DNA of 63,344 nt, filler included, from Choristocarpus tenellus KU-1152 (lineage: Eukaryota > Protista > Phaeophyceae): the NCBI GenBank assembly GCA_964200185.2. It is 15 parts of 15 records of this genome, joined end to end, with 100 filler letters (N's around TTAATTAATTAA, not from the genome) between each part and the next. Parts side by side here need not be neighbours in the genome. Positions count along the whole stretch, not along the records: positions 1 to 4,245 come from CAXNAD020015510.1; positions 4,346 to 8,273 come from CAXNAD020017095.1; positions 8,374 to 11,510 come from CAXNAD020022055.1; positions 11,611 to 15,021 come from CAXNAD020020222.1; 11 more parts are not named here. One strand, 5' to 3'. Under the pieces are notes generated by a model. The model was given only the letters and a program-made list of their open reading frames with translations. It searched no databases and was not told the origin of the DNA. Below are positions 1 to 12,769 of this stretch, in pieces. Numbering within the stretch: position 1 is the stretch's first letter; each line of letters begins with the position of its first letter. The translations under genes were made by a program, and so were the position numbers.

Positions 1-3000
1 TGTGGCATCATGCCACCCCAGCCACCAGGGTTGGAGGCATGATGACCTGGGTAAGTAGACGCCTGACTCTGCCACCCATGGCTCGCCTGGCCATCAGCCT
101 TGGAGGTAAAAGTGACACATCATGCCCCATCCATGATAGGAACAGGTTCCGTACATAATATTTATACCCACAGGCAATTGTGAAGGGGAGGTAAAAGGGG
201 AAAACCAATCGCAGTTAGAAATATGCACCGTTATATTCAGAAATGAAAATATGCATTCATGAAGCTTCCCTCCCACAATGATATGATGGAAGTATTACAA
301 TACATTTTGCAAACATGCCTTCTGAAATTGTTGCAGATAGGGGGGGAGGGGGGGAACAGAGAGAGAGAGAGAGATAGAGACTGTGATCCTATTGCCAAAA
401 CACGAAAAAATTGGCATTCACAGTACAGATGTTGCATTGGAAACAACTCGCATAACTGGCACTGCAAGCGAAAAACTATTTTATGACTACTGTAGAGGCA
501 GATTAAAACCCACTAAAATGCATTACAATAAACAATACCTATCCTAAATAGCCTATATCTTAGCTCACCTAAACCCTAGACTCCTCTTCTCCACAATAAT
601 GTTATGTACAGTCATCTGAGCCAATCTCAAGGTTGGTCAAATGTCCCAACCTACTGTCCTTGGTGGGGAGGAGCTTAAGACACTACAGAGACAAGTCCAA
701 GGACAAACAATCCCTGTCATCATGTGCTTCGAATGATATCTCATCATCTCTCTCCCAATCCGTAAGTAACAATGCCCCGGCCAACAACTACTTGATGGCA
801 CCGGCTTCAATGACACCTTAGTCAAAGGGTGGCATGGTCTCAGAGACCTTTTGAGGGGCACTATCAAACTGGACACAAAAAAGGAAAGGAGATTGAAAAC
901 AGCAATGTCCAGTCAAAGGGAGTCTCATCTCAAAGCTCTTTGAGTGGGCATTTCAGCACACCAAAACCGGCAAGAGATCAGAGGAAACGGCACATCTTTT
1001 GGAGCATGTCGATGAGGGTTCTGACCCAAAGTACACCCTAACTTCCTACAACCAACCTAGCACGGTCAATCAACCCCCATTAAACAGCAATGTGAAACAA
1101 GTATCCAACATCAGCACACTGAATATCCACTGCCTGAGGTCCGTCCTGGGTTGGAACCTCAGGGACAGTCGAGACAAGACAAAAGAACAAAGTTGTATTT
1201 TGGAGTACAAGTGATCCTTGGCACCGAGCAATTACCACACTGCCTCCCACCATCCCCCTTGTGCATCTGCGTACGACCATGCCCTTCAATGTCCTCAAGA
1301 CAACACTACCTTTGACCACCCCAGTGAAACAAGCAGCGGCTTTTCCATCCTCAAAAAAGAATTTAGACCTAAACTAGTCTTGATTGCACATAAAGTTTCA
1401 ACCCGGGGCAGCCGCAGGTAGTGGACGTTCAAATGGACTGGTGGAAAAATAAATAAATAAATAAATATATATATATATATGTATATACCTTGCTGTTTAA
1501 TTGAGGGTGGCTGAGATGATTGCAAACGAATCAACCAACGGAGGAGGGGACCCAGGGTTAAGGAGGACTGTGATACACACACTGATATATTGGTCTAGGT
1601 GTTCATGGCGCTAGTCACCAAAGGGCCAAGGAGTGGCCTAAAGTTGCTAAAGATTGGATGGAATGCCTCAGGGTGTTGAGTGGTAAGAAAAACATGAGAA
1701 AAACACGTCAAAAGCCTGGCAAGATGATGACATACCACTATTCGATCAGGGCAAGCCTATTTATAATCTTAGGCAAGACTAGTACCTAGGTTCAACAGTA
1801 GCACCTCAACACCTTCAACACAATGAGAGACTCAATAATTACCCAGCCTAATCCATGGACCATCAACCATAGTTTCTCTTGTTTCTCCCCAAGCAGTCAA
1901 CCAAGTCTTACATGTATATCATTGAGCACACCTAGGACCCTTTCTCACACTCAAACTTCAATCCCCCCCACCAAAGGAGTCGGAAAACCAGCAGCCTAGC
2001 TAGCCAGCATTCAAAACCAAAACCTAGGATTTCCATCATGGTACTGAGAGACCACAGTACCATCAAGGCATTAAAACAGTTCCTCATGAGACTTGTGCAC
2101 TCAGGTGGAACAGTGGTCTTTCAGCACCTTGACATCCACCACAGTCGTCCTCCCTTCGCCTCCCAAAATTCTCCAATCTAAAATCTACTTCCATCACCTG
2201 CTGCTGTGGGACACTGCCCTGACCGCCACCATACATGCTTGGGCTTTGCGAAGCCCCCTGCCCATGACCTGTGTTGTGTCCATACATACCCGCCCCACTG
2301 GAAAGAGGGGCACCTGCCGACTTTTCAGAGCCACCTCCGGCGACACTAGATGCTCCAGAGCCCGATCCACCTGCAGTCTGCCCGCCCATCTGCTGCATGC
2401 TGAACTGATCCTGTGCAGATTTTTTAGCGAATGTGGAATGCAGGGGGAGATGATATGTCAAGAGAGATAGTTCTAGAGGCAATGACAGAGGCGTGACTTG
2501 ACCAACTGAAATGCATCGCTTCATCAATGGATTAGAATAAGCATGCTTTTGCATGTGTGCGATCAAGCTCACCAAATGTAATTAACGTTATGTAGTATTT
2601 ATTACACCAATGGACCAAAAAAAGGAGTTGGTCAAGCCACCTCCTTGCACAGAAGAGAGTACAACCCACCAAAAAGGTCCATCCAACATACTAACAATGT
2701 ACACTACCCTTCTAGGTTCATTGGTTGTAACATTAAACCAGCCCAACATAATAAAAAAATAACTGTCAAGTCATGGCATTGTCTTCCCCCCTCTGACATT
2801 TTCAACATAACCTGTAACTGTCTAATTATAACCATAATAAATAATTATCACCTCTTCGGCGTTCTTTCAAGCTCAGCATACCTGTCCATACTGGCTTCCA
2901 CCAGAGTAGTCCATCTGACCATACATGTTCCCCATGCCCTGTCCACCAAAATCTGCTCCAGGGTACCTGTCCAAAAAAAGAAATAATTTCAAGAAAGTGA

Positions 3001-3687
3001 GAACCATACTTCAATGGGAGGGTGGGGAGGGAGGGGGAGGCACTGCTAAAAATATGTAGATTCACTTGTGCCATCTGACTGTTGAGCACAATTTCTGTTA
3101 AGAAGCAACGCACAATGGGAGAGTGCAATGTGAAGTGTGTATAGTTATTTGCTGTCCCATTGCTTCCACTGCCAATAAGCAAAAAACTTCATATTTTTTG
3201 GGCCTCACAGAAAGGCCTGATATTGCTTCGAGATAAACATGTTTTCAGCACAATACTTCTAACTGAGTCAACAGGTCAAAACCTATCCCACAACCATATC
3301 ATCTATACAAAAAGCAAAAAAAATGTACAAAAAAAAATCACCTAAGCACCAACCAAGTCAGCACACTCAAAACCTTCCCCAAGAACCAGAGCATAAATCA
3401 CCACGATGCACTAGGCAGACAATATACACAAATCTTGTGCCACAAGAGATGCTTACAGTCCTCCACCCCCCATCACCACCACACCCAAGTGTTCCACTAC
3501 TCCAGTGAGTCTACCAGACATAAATACACCTTACCAAGATGCTGCAACATTCACTTACCCACGGGGCATGTTGGGGAAGCGCTGCCCCCCCCCGCCCTGG
3601 TATTGACTGGTTGCAGGGGGGTACTGCTGCGGGGCATAGCCGTAGGCATATGGATTTGGGGGAACACCTGCCTGTTGCTGATAATAC
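1..3687 (-). CDS. Partial spliced gene for a Gly/Gln/Tyr/Pro-rich low-complexity (prion-like) protein; exons 3687-3559, 2966-2882, 2410-2198 and probably 98-1
   Basis: GT-AG boundaries with compatible phases (tag|G TAT..CGT GG|gtaagt; cag|G TAC..CAG|gtatgc; cag|GAT..CAG|gtgatg; aag|GCT). Joined product is open: YYQQQAGVPPNPYAYGYAPQQYPPATSQYQGGGGQRFPNMPRG-YPGADFGGQGMGNMYGQMDYSGGSQYGQ-DQFSMQQMGGQTAGG...PQQQ-ADGQASHGWQSQASTYPGHHASNPGGWGGMMP. Both ends are cut by contig/window edges. Confidence 0.75.
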
Positions 3688-4245
3688 CTAGGAAAAAATA
3701 AATAATTGAGTGTAGCACCATAGAGGATGTGGCAAAAGCAGTTGAGCCAGGGGACACGTAATTTGAGGGAGAGGGCAAGAGATTGCAAGGATGTCATGTT
3801 CATGAGCACAGAAAATGGAATCCAGAGTAAATAACACTGAGGATTAGTTTCAACCTCATGCAAGGGGTGAAAGTGGTAAGGTAGCACTAATGAGGTGAGG
3901 GTAAGACACTGAAGAGAGTGAGGCCTTTCATTGAGCCAGCAGTCCCAACTCAGAGGAAAATACCAACTACTCTTATACAATGGGTGCAATGATATCTATG
4001 AGTAGAGATCAACCTTCACTTCAGCTAGCAAAATCAACACCTTTCTCAAAAAACTCATGGACCGACACTGACGAGGGATCCCAAAGATTTTCGGGCACAG
4101 ATTGGACAGACAAAAAGAACTAGACTATGTTCCATTAACACAGTAACATCACTTCTTACACATGCGTGTATACTGATCAGATCAGTACCAAAGTCCACCA
4201 TGGCACATACAGTCTATTCACAACACAGAGCATTCGGGGGGGAGG

Positions 4246-4345
4246 NNNNNNNNNNNNNNNNNNNNNNNNNNNNNNNNNNNNNNNNNNNNTTAATTAATTA
4301 ANNNNNNNNNNNNNNNNNNNNNNNNNNNNNNNNNNNNNNNNNNNN
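4246..4345. other. Artificial contig linker (44N-TTAATTAATTAA-44N). Identical linkers at 8274-8373, 11511-11610, 15022-15121, 20271-20370, 24847-24946, 33129-33228, 36885-36984, 39527-39626, 45042-45141, 48312-48411, 50971-51070, 54885-54984, 59738-59837
   Basis: The same 100-nt spacer occurs 14 times. TTAATTAATTAA places stop codons in all six frames. Confidence 0.98.
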
Positions 4346-4406
4346 CCCCTGCCCCCCCCATAAACTTTGGATCAGCAGTCACCCCCGAATACAAGATTTC
4401 TGGCCC

Positions 4407-5788
4407 TCAGCCAGCCCTTAGAAGCCTGAACCCATGGCCGTATATGACCTGGGTAAGGATTTGGGTTTGTACTCGGTACTGCGACGAAGCGGATTTTGTG
4501 ACTGATTGTAGGAGCTCAGTAACGCATGCCTCCATGAAGGTTTCAGTGATCCCCACGACGGATGCATCGCCAGAGTCAACTGTGTTCTGTGTCACACAGT
4601 CATCATCACCATGCACGGACGTTTCGTCGTCATCCTTATGCCTGCTAGTGGATGGCGCTGCATTTTCCGCCTCTCCGTCCTTTCTGGCAGAAGAACCAAA
4701 TTATCTTAGAGGGTAGAGCCGCATCCATTTGGAGGCAAAAATCTAATGTTGCGATTTTGATGTGATTTTGGCTATGTGCTTGTTTAGGAAGTGTCCATAT
4801 CCTTATTCCCGACACACCTTTTCATAACGTACACACTTTTACCTACTCCGAAACATTTTGGAGTAGGAAAATGTCACAAAAACCCCGAGGGAAGCCAAGC
4901 CCCAAATGGACAAACGGAACAAAACTCGCACCCTCTAAGATACTTTCGCTCAGAAGCTTAGACGTTCGCAAAAAAATTAGGTTCTAAATCTCTACCGTCA
5001 TTTCCACGAGGCTGTTTGAACGGTCTCATCCGTCCAGCACCTTCTCCTAACCTCTTCTTCGTAATGACCGTCGTTTTGGCCTTCCCTTTACCTTTGCGGA
5101 AGGCTTGTCCCTATGTGAGTAACCTGATGATGTCAAATCAACCCTTGGTGTTGTTGACTCGGCATGGGCGTAGTTCGCACTCTGCTCCACAGTATCGTCG
5201 TTCCTGTTCCCTCTACCCGTTGGGTCGGGATCGACAGACTCATCACCGCTGCTGCCCACCGCATGGACGTTTGGGGACATTCCAGGGTCACTCCTGACAG
5301 GCGTGGACTCTGAGTCCGTGCCTAGCCGCCCCCCCACGTCCTCCTGAAAATCTTCCTGTGGACATGACAAAGCATTACAATCGGGCCAGTCCCCATTGCC
5401 TTCAGAGTCATGTTCCGAGGGTGTGGTTGGATGCCTTCCCCCATGTAGTGTCCCGCTTTCCGCACCTACTTGCAGGGTTAGGCGATGGCGTCTCCTGTTC
5501 CTCTTTATCACCTAGTGGGTCAGGTCCTCCACAAGGTATAGGCGTGGATACGCCACCAGCTATCAGTGTCTTCGCCAGCGCAAAATTGCGGAAGGTGGAG
5601 AGTTCATCGATGAGGAGGAGTTGGATACGATCCGGATTGTGGTTGTCCTCAAGAGCGGTGCATGTGATTACGATGCCTCCTGGTCGGGTCTGGAGAAGGG
5701 CGACTGCTCTCTCGTGGGCAGCGCTCATTTCGGACTTGAACTTGTCAAGCTCGTGCTCGGACGTGGTGTTTTTCTCTGGCGTGATCAC
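4407..5788 (-). pseudogene. Long decayed ORF, probably transposon-derived (possibly a MULE-type C-terminal region), interrupted by a MITE
   Basis: Overlapping minus-strand ORFs 5788-5408, 5511-5047 and 4616-4407 read as one frameshifted acidic/basic protein containing KVKGRPKRR. No catalytic motif is visible. Confidence 0.3.
4693..4951 (+). mobile_element. MITE family A copy
   Basis: TIR ..TATCTTAGAGGGT / ACCCTCTAAGATACTTT, 259 bp, 4-bp TSD AGAA. Confidence 0.9.
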
Positions 5789-5879
5789 AATGTTTGTGAC
5801 TCGTGTTATCTATGTAATGGTGGACGAGTAGGCAAAGGACGAGGCGTAGGAGGCAAAACAACAGGAAGAGGGGTTAGGG

Positions 5880-6400
5880 TTATATTCCTTGAACCGACAC
5901 TGAGGGCTGTGCCGGATTTAGATGAGGGAGAAACACTCAATGCCGGTGCCAAGGGCAGGGGACTATAGTTCAGATGGAACGATCAGTGGATGTGAGGGAC
6001 CGTGACCAAGTACCAGCCCCACTACACGGTAAACGTTGGAGATGAGCGAATCGGCTACCCCTACGAGGTTAAATGGGAGAAAGGCGAATTGAGAAATATC
6101 CAGCTTCTTGTCGAACGATACAGTATAGACCAAGACGCTCCTACACGGGCCTGGTTCTGGACAAGTCCCACTCTGCCCCCATATTGATGAGAGACACGAC
6201 TTTGAGGAGCAACCTAGGCCAATTCCTGATTGTGAAGTCACCCTCTACTTCACCAATCAGACACATGCCTCGACAGACATGTTGAACTGGAGAGGTCGGA
6301 TGTTTTCTAAATCATCAGACTTATACATTTGGTACATTAATTATAATATATTCCTGAAGAGTTTGTGTCTATGTGTCCTCATACGTATGCTTTTATTGGC
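5880..6400 (+). mobile_element. 3' fragment of the Tudor-like-domain element (homologous to about 42200-42730, minus strand)
   Basis: Reads IFLEPTLRAVPDLDEGETLNAGAKGRGL*FRWNDQWM*GTVTKYQPHYTVNVGDERIGYPYEVKWEKGELRNIQLLVERYSIDQDAPTRAWFWTSPTLPPY*. The nucleotide match to the 42 kb copy continues past the stop (GTCACCCTCT..CAATC..ACATGC..GAGGTCGGA). Confidence 0.75.
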
Positions 6401-6780
6401 CGGATGGCAACCTGGAATTCATCTCAATTAGTGCGTTCTGCCACTATCCTCTCTAACACTCTTACTGCCATGCCCCAATCCTTTTTCCTCCCCTCTTTGC
6501 GTTGATCGGACCACAGAGCAATTGACAGAAACCTTGCTAAAACAACGTTGACGTAAGCGCATCTTGTACCCCGTGCCACCATCTTCAGCAAAAGTCGAGA
6601 TTTTCAAAACAGAGGACCCCTCTTCCACACCCAATCCAAACGGCGGCAACCATACCAGCCCCAAACTTTGAACCCAACGGCAACTTTCCTGCATAATAAC
6701 ATAGTCTACACCCAGTCAAGCGCCAAACGTAGGTCCTAAAGGCATTTTATTCCAAAATGCACCATAAAAGGGTGGTGATT

Positions 6781-6987
6781 GGGTCAAAGTATCCGGGGTG
6801 GTGGTGGTTTGTGAGGAGGTGTCCGTTTCGGCCCCGACGAGTTGCTCGAAAATTATAGCAATTGCTGTGCTCAGTCATGGACCGTACACAACTGAAGACA
6901 GCAATTCCCATAATTTCTGAGCAACTCGTCGGGACCGAAACAGACGCCCCCTCACTAACCACCACCACCTCCCAGATACTTTGACCC
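6781..6987. mobile_element. MITE variant B' with about 55-bp TIRs; partial second copy at 59838-59894
   Basis: GGGTCAAAGTATCCGGGGTGGTGGTGGTTTGTGAGG..GTTTCGG / CCGAAAC..CCTCACTAACCACCACCACCTCCCAGATACTTTGACCC. Confidence 0.85.
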
Positions 6988-7070
6988 CAGTATTATTCTA
7001 GATTTCACACTATTACGGTAGGTAGTGCTACAGTGATGTTCTGGATTTCACACTTTACGATAGGTAGTGA

Positions 7071-7325
7071 TTTGTTTCCCCCCTGACACATCTGCAAAAT
7101 GTCAGAGGACATGATAATAAATAGGTAGTGATTGCCATGGTCAACTTCCTGCGGTAAAGTAAATTACCATCCAAATACCACACTCATCAGCACAGTAATA
7201 TTATAACATTATGCCCTCTGACATTTTGCAGATGTGTCATGGGGAAACCAATGAAAACTATTCACATGTCAGTATAAGCCCGAAAGAAACAAAATATGTC
7301 AGAACTGTGAAAAACACTAATCTAT
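7071..7325. repeat. Inverted-repeat dispersed element (family D); related copy at about 29440-29550
   Basis: TGACACATCTGCAAAATGTCAGAGG (about 7084) is inverted at about 7215-7240. The same motif plus GTCAGTATAAGCCC occurs reverse-complemented near 29500. Confidence 0.7.
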
Positions 7326-7434
7326 TTGTTATTTCACTACTTTCTGTGTTGTACCACTGCCTTCCTGTGCCTCCAATCTACCTATTCCTGTGCCCCAGGG
7401 TGAGGAGCTAGGAGGCATCCCAAGAATCCAACAA

Positions 7435-7625
7435 ACCCCTCCATGCCCATCTCCCCGGTGACTCCAGCTTAAAACGCATGACACGTGTAGACAGTGCCAC
7501 TTGCGTAGTTACTGAGACAATTTGGTGCAGGCGGGATTTAACCGCTCCTTCCCTGCTATATCCTCCAGTTCCTCTCCCACCCACCATGTGTGTAGCCAGC
7601 TCATCCAGGAAGTAATCATTTCCAT
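7435..7625 (-). mobile_element. 5'-truncated 3' fragment of a CRE-like RLE non-LTR retrotransposon
   Basis: Encodes FLDELATHMVGGRGT..VKSRLHQIVSVTTQVALSTRVMRFKLESPGR, closely similar to 44820-45041. Confidence 0.75.
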
Positions 7626-7689
7626 CTACACCCTTCCAATATTTGGTGATAGGGTATGATCAACTACATATTTGTTCAAGTAGTGAATC

Positions 7690-8105
7690 CATGTGGTAGT
7701 TGGGGGCAGGGTGTGAGTGAGGTGATTGTTGTGGCACTATACGTAAAGTAGAATATATATATATATATCAGTTCTTGGGGATAGGGTGAGAATGAGGTGT
7801 TTGTTGTGGCACTATATGTACAAATACGTAAAAATGTGTGAGCAGAGTGTGCATAATATGTAGTGACAACGTATGAAGCATGTATTTGTTGAAGAACTGT
7901 ATGTAGGCAGGTATACATGTATTCCGAACCTTTATTTTGGGAAATGCTATACGACTCACACATTTGTTGTAGAACTATGCGTAGAGAGAAGTGCAATACT
8001 ATGTTTGATGATGGGGTGTGAACATGGTGTTTGTTGCAGCACTATGTATGTAGAGGCTTGTACACAATATTTTGTGGCAGGGTATGAACATGTGTTTGTT
8101 TGATC
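7690..8105. repeat. Degenerate minisatellite with about 65-85 bp units
   Basis: Core TGTTTGTTG(T/C)RGCACTAT..GTA recurs near 7723, 7797, 7881, 7960, 8027 and 8091, with related intervening sequence. Confidence 0.6.
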
Positions 8106-10618
8106 ACGGTTGGTAGTATGGAGTATGGAACGTGTTCTTCACTACAAGTGTACGACACAATAACAATACCCGATTTTAGTGAGATACATTCCTATCTCGG
8201 ACAATATCCCTAAAGAAATGACAACGACCCAAAGTATTTGGGAGGGGGGGGGGGTCTAGACCAGGGTGTCCATNNNNNNNNNNNNNNNNNNNNNNNNNNN
8301 NNNNNNNNNNNNNNNNNTTAATTAATTAANNNNNNNNNNNNNNNNNNNNNNNNNNNNNNNNNNNNNNNNNNNNCACCGTCCGGTGAACTTCGTCCCCCCC
8401 CCTAGGGGTAATTTGGGGGGGGGGGGGGGGGGGGGGGGGAATTACTATTGGTTTCCTTGTGAAGAGTAGGCCCTTTTGGATATGCCAATGTAAGGAACCC
8501 ATCAAGCACAAGCCTAGCACAGGTCAAAAGGGATAGTCCTTCCATACAGTAGTTGATACAATCTGATAGGTGAACACGACTTGGTTCTTGGCACATTTGT
8601 CGACAACACTGCCTCATCCCTTGGCAATTTAGATAACTTGCTTTGAAGTAAGTGTATCACTCATCACCATTGCTAATAATACATTAAAAATACATGCTAG
8701 CGAGAACTGTAAGTTGTCCTACCTCTCACGTGTGCTAAAATGACAATTAATTGCTTTAGAGTACCTACAACTTAGCACACGCCCTTGTTCTTACGCTTAT
8801 TCACTAATTTCCACAGTTTTTTTTATCAGGCTGGTTCATGGCCTGGGCATGTTTGAAACAGTCAATGGCCATGGACTAAGTCATGCTCAACTTGCTTATG
8901 CATGGCTGGTGGCACCCCTGGTCGTTGAGTAAGTGATGGATATGTTTGAACTTGGTTGTAAACGGCTGGCCAGTGACCCTGGTCATGTTTAGTAAATGAT
9001 ATTCATGGACTCCACCAAGTTAGAACATTTTATCTATTGCCAGTCAGGTGATATTTTTTGTACACTTGGGCCAGCTACGTCATGGCCATGCCTTCTAATT
9101 CATATTTTACAACTCCTCTTGAATATTATATCCTAAATTTCTAAAGTAAAAAATATATTATGCAGTATTTAGTGGTATTTCTATATTATTGTATGTTGTT
9201 CTATTTGGAATATTAAAATAGTAAATTCAATACAACTACATTGTTGGGTGTCTGAGGTGATTTGTGATTTATGTCATGTTCGCCCTTGTACAACACGTAG
9301 ATTAACATGGACATGGACATGCACCCGTTCAATACCTAGCCAACATAGATTAAGACATGTTAAACAATTGTGGGGCTGGTCCGGGCAAGTGAACAGAACT
9401 TTAAATTTGCTGGCCCAGTGAAAAACCCTGTTAATTTCGTGTGCTCAACAGCACCAGAAACTAAAACAAGCACCTAGTTGTGACTATTTTTACCAACCAG
9501 ATAGTCAAGCAGGCTGGGCCAGTCTAACTGGCTCTATCTGAACACTACTATCAATTCTCCGTGTCATGTTTCTGCATGCATTCTCGTACCTGCTAGTGTT
9601 CATGTTCCCAGTACCAGTTGTCAACCTTGCACGCAAGCACAAGGCCAACACGTGTGAAGGATGGGTTGGGATAGTGCCCAGACTAGCGTGAAGCAAAATC
9701 TAGAAGTAACAGCTGTCTGTGTCACATACCTGCTCCCCATCTCTCACCTTGTGTATCATAGGCATAGAGCTGCTTCAATTCATGTAACACGTGTTAAAAC
9801 CTCGTTACCCCCTTTCATCAACCTTGTGAGAGGCACCTCAAAACTCAAGATAAGTGCAAAACAATTGCACCTTTCACTACAGGTAGCTGGGATGAATGCA
9901 AGAGCGTTGAAGGGAGTCAGCCCTCTAACATAACTTTCATGAGCCATCGTATATCTTCCTCAAACGATGCCTTGCAACTCACTACAAAACCCTCACTTTA
10001 TCAACCCCCACACCACTGTTTTCACCTCTATATCCTCATCCATCTCTTTTCTACCCCTTTCCCAAACTCCCTAATACTAATCCTACACTACCAGAGCACC
10101 TCTTCCCATTTAACCTTTTCTTTCCGTATTACATATATATATATACCACACTTTTGGTCCTAACCTAAAATCCCCTTGCCACGTATAACATCAACAAAAT
10201 ATGATGCTATTCTATTTCAAAAAGGAGGCATTCTTTGTCCCGACCAGAATATATATATATATATATTCCTTCTGGGCATACATCACACTACCAACCTTGC
10301 TTACCTTGAGCTACCCTAGCCGTGGCTGCGACATCCACCCATCCATCCATCCATCCATCATCTTCTTTCACTCAAAAAACACTTGCAATGACAACTAAGG
10401 CTCTGTGGGGGAGGTTGGGAGATCAGGGAGGGCGTGGGGAACAAACCGCAACCACCTGCGCTGTCCTTCGACAGGACACTGTGCAATAAACAGGCCATGG
10501 TCAATTTCCACAAAATAAACAACAATTTGTTCCTGGATTGCAATGCACTCAAAGCAACACATCACTAAAAGCCCACACCACCTACAGCCCATTCCCGTAC
10601 CCACACACCCCCTCAGCA

Positions 10619-11326
10619 TCACTGCCCCTGCTGCTGCTTGAAGGCGGCTGATTTGATCACGCTACTGGCATAGTTGTAATCTGGACGCTCAGAGGAGGTC
10701 TCCAGCACAGTTGGCATGCTGCTGCCTCCCCCTTTGCCCTTGCCAAGGCGTGCCCCTGCCAGGACGATCTGGGATCCAATTTCAGGAGGGGTGGGATTGC
10801 TGGCATCACTTGGATATATATATGGGAGGTGGGGGGGGAGGGGGCACACTATGGGGAAATCGTAGGGCACTATCACTCATGCAAGTAAGTCCATGCTTAC
10901 TCTATTCTAGGTGTGGTAAGAGACCAGAAATCTTTCTTCTTGATGCGGAGAAGATAGGGCAGGAAACACACTACATACCAAGGATAGAGTAGTAGTATCA
11001 ACATACAGCCAAGACTAGAACACAAGAAGAGCACACATAAACGTCAATAGCCAGAGGTTAAAGTGGGGGAGAAGCCACAGAGGGAGAGAGAGACTGAGCC
11101 AGAAAGCAAAAACTAGATCAACATAGTGAGTATTTTTCTCAGTTCAAAAGCTATAAAAAACCCTCTCCACTGCTGACTCCACCTGCCAATCATCAGGTTG
11201 TTTGCGGAACAACCATCCTCCGGGGAGGGCTTTGAGATAGTAAGCCGTCTCGAAGTTTCCTAGGAAGCGCTCCTTGGCTTGGTGGAGGCCGGGGTAGAAA
11301 ATCCGAGGGTAATATCCACCACGCAC
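10619..11326 (-). CDS. LPA3: Last two exons (11326-11183, 10768-10619) of a DUF1995 / LOW PSII ACCUMULATION 3-like plastid protein
   Basis: aag|VRGGYYPRIFYPGLHQAKERFLGNFETAYYLKALPGGWLFRKQPDDWQ|gt..cag|IVLAG...LETSSERPDYNYASSVIKSAAFKQQQGQ*. The R.GYYP..FYP.L...E..YY...G.LFR..P..W pattern is typical of LPA3/DUF1995. The intron is phase 0. Confidence 0.8.
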
Positions 11327-12769
11327 CTTAATTGCAATGATTGGGTAGTAGGGGGGGTGGGAGTGTGAAGAGGGGTAGACAGAGTATGCACAAGCAGGCT
11401 ATCAATAGCTAAAGCAACAGAGCAAAGTTTGGGGGGGGGGGGGGGGGGGGGAGGGGGGGGGGGGCAGAATGGGGGGGGGGAAAAAGAAAACAAAAACTCT
11501 TTGTTTTCCTNNNNNNNNNNNNNNNNNNNNNNNNNNNNNNNNNNNNNNNNNNNNTTAATTAATTAANNNNNNNNNNNNNNNNNNNNNNNNNNNNNNNNNN
11601 NNNNNNNNNNCCAGATATTTTGAACCCTATCAAGGTCCATGACAGCACCCTTTAGTGTCTGCCCTTGGGAGTACTAGGAGTTGCGAATAGTGGCTGCCCA
11701 GCACAATGCCCATGAAACTGCCGCTGTGAGCACAGCAATCTCTTCTCCATCTTCCCATACTCTGAGGCTTTGATGATAGGGATTAGGACATATCCAGGGT
11801 ATTGGAGGGAGAAGAGTTGCCACCCTCCTTCTCTCAGCTTCAGCTTAAGCTGCTTGCCCTGCCCGCGTTTCTGCATCAGTTACAGCTAGTTGCCACTCTC
11901 ATTCTCTCGGCAACACATTGTGCCACAACCACTGAAAGATCGAGATTCTCCTACTTGATGCATCGTTTTTCCCCTTACCTAAGAGGATTTATGTTCCGTT
12001 CAACGCTTTCTAATCTATGCTCGTCCAGAAGTCCTCTAAACGCTTTGCCACTTCATAAGGAGCACTGTTAGCTGTGGGTTTCCCTTTTTTTCTCCTCACA
12101 GTTTCCATCAGGGTGTGGATATATTTCGACATCAACCGATCAGTCAGCCTAGCAGCTATCAGCACATACTCAGTTTCAAGATGCTGTTCTGGGATCACTT
12201 GATCACATGCACATGTACACAGAGACAAGTCCAAAAGTAAAAACACTTTAGCACCAGTACCCCACTATGTTAGACCTGTGTTATCAACGCTTCACCTGGT
12301 TACTGCCGGTACTGATCCTGCCTTGCTAACAATTTAGAAGAAGTGAATACTGCTTGGTACTTCAACGTTGGAGCTACTAATCTGAAGCAAGAATATTATA
12401 TCTAAAACGCATTTTCTCTAAGTTAAATATACTAATTTTATTATGTTATAGTCACCATACCCAAACCAATGAGCACAATCAAAAGTACACAACACACAGT
12501 CACACAGGGATACATGCGCATAGAATTAGTCATTTATACACAGAGCTCTACATGCATAGAAGACATAGTGTAACTTTAAACTGTTCTAGAAAAGCAGCTT
12601 CAGAACCTACCGTCCTACACACCACTATTTCCAAACACAGCACTATCACCCTGTAAGATACATTGGACAACAAAATACTTGATGGTTGAAGCAAAATCGA
12701 TTCTGTGTTTTAGGTGCTTTCACCTGACCCAACCTTTTTTAATACAAACATAACATCATTTAAGGTAAG

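Noticed and set aside
7690-8105. Spaced repeats as a CRISPR-like array
   Set aside because: The repeats are degenerate and the intervening segments resemble each other, so this is an old minisatellite.
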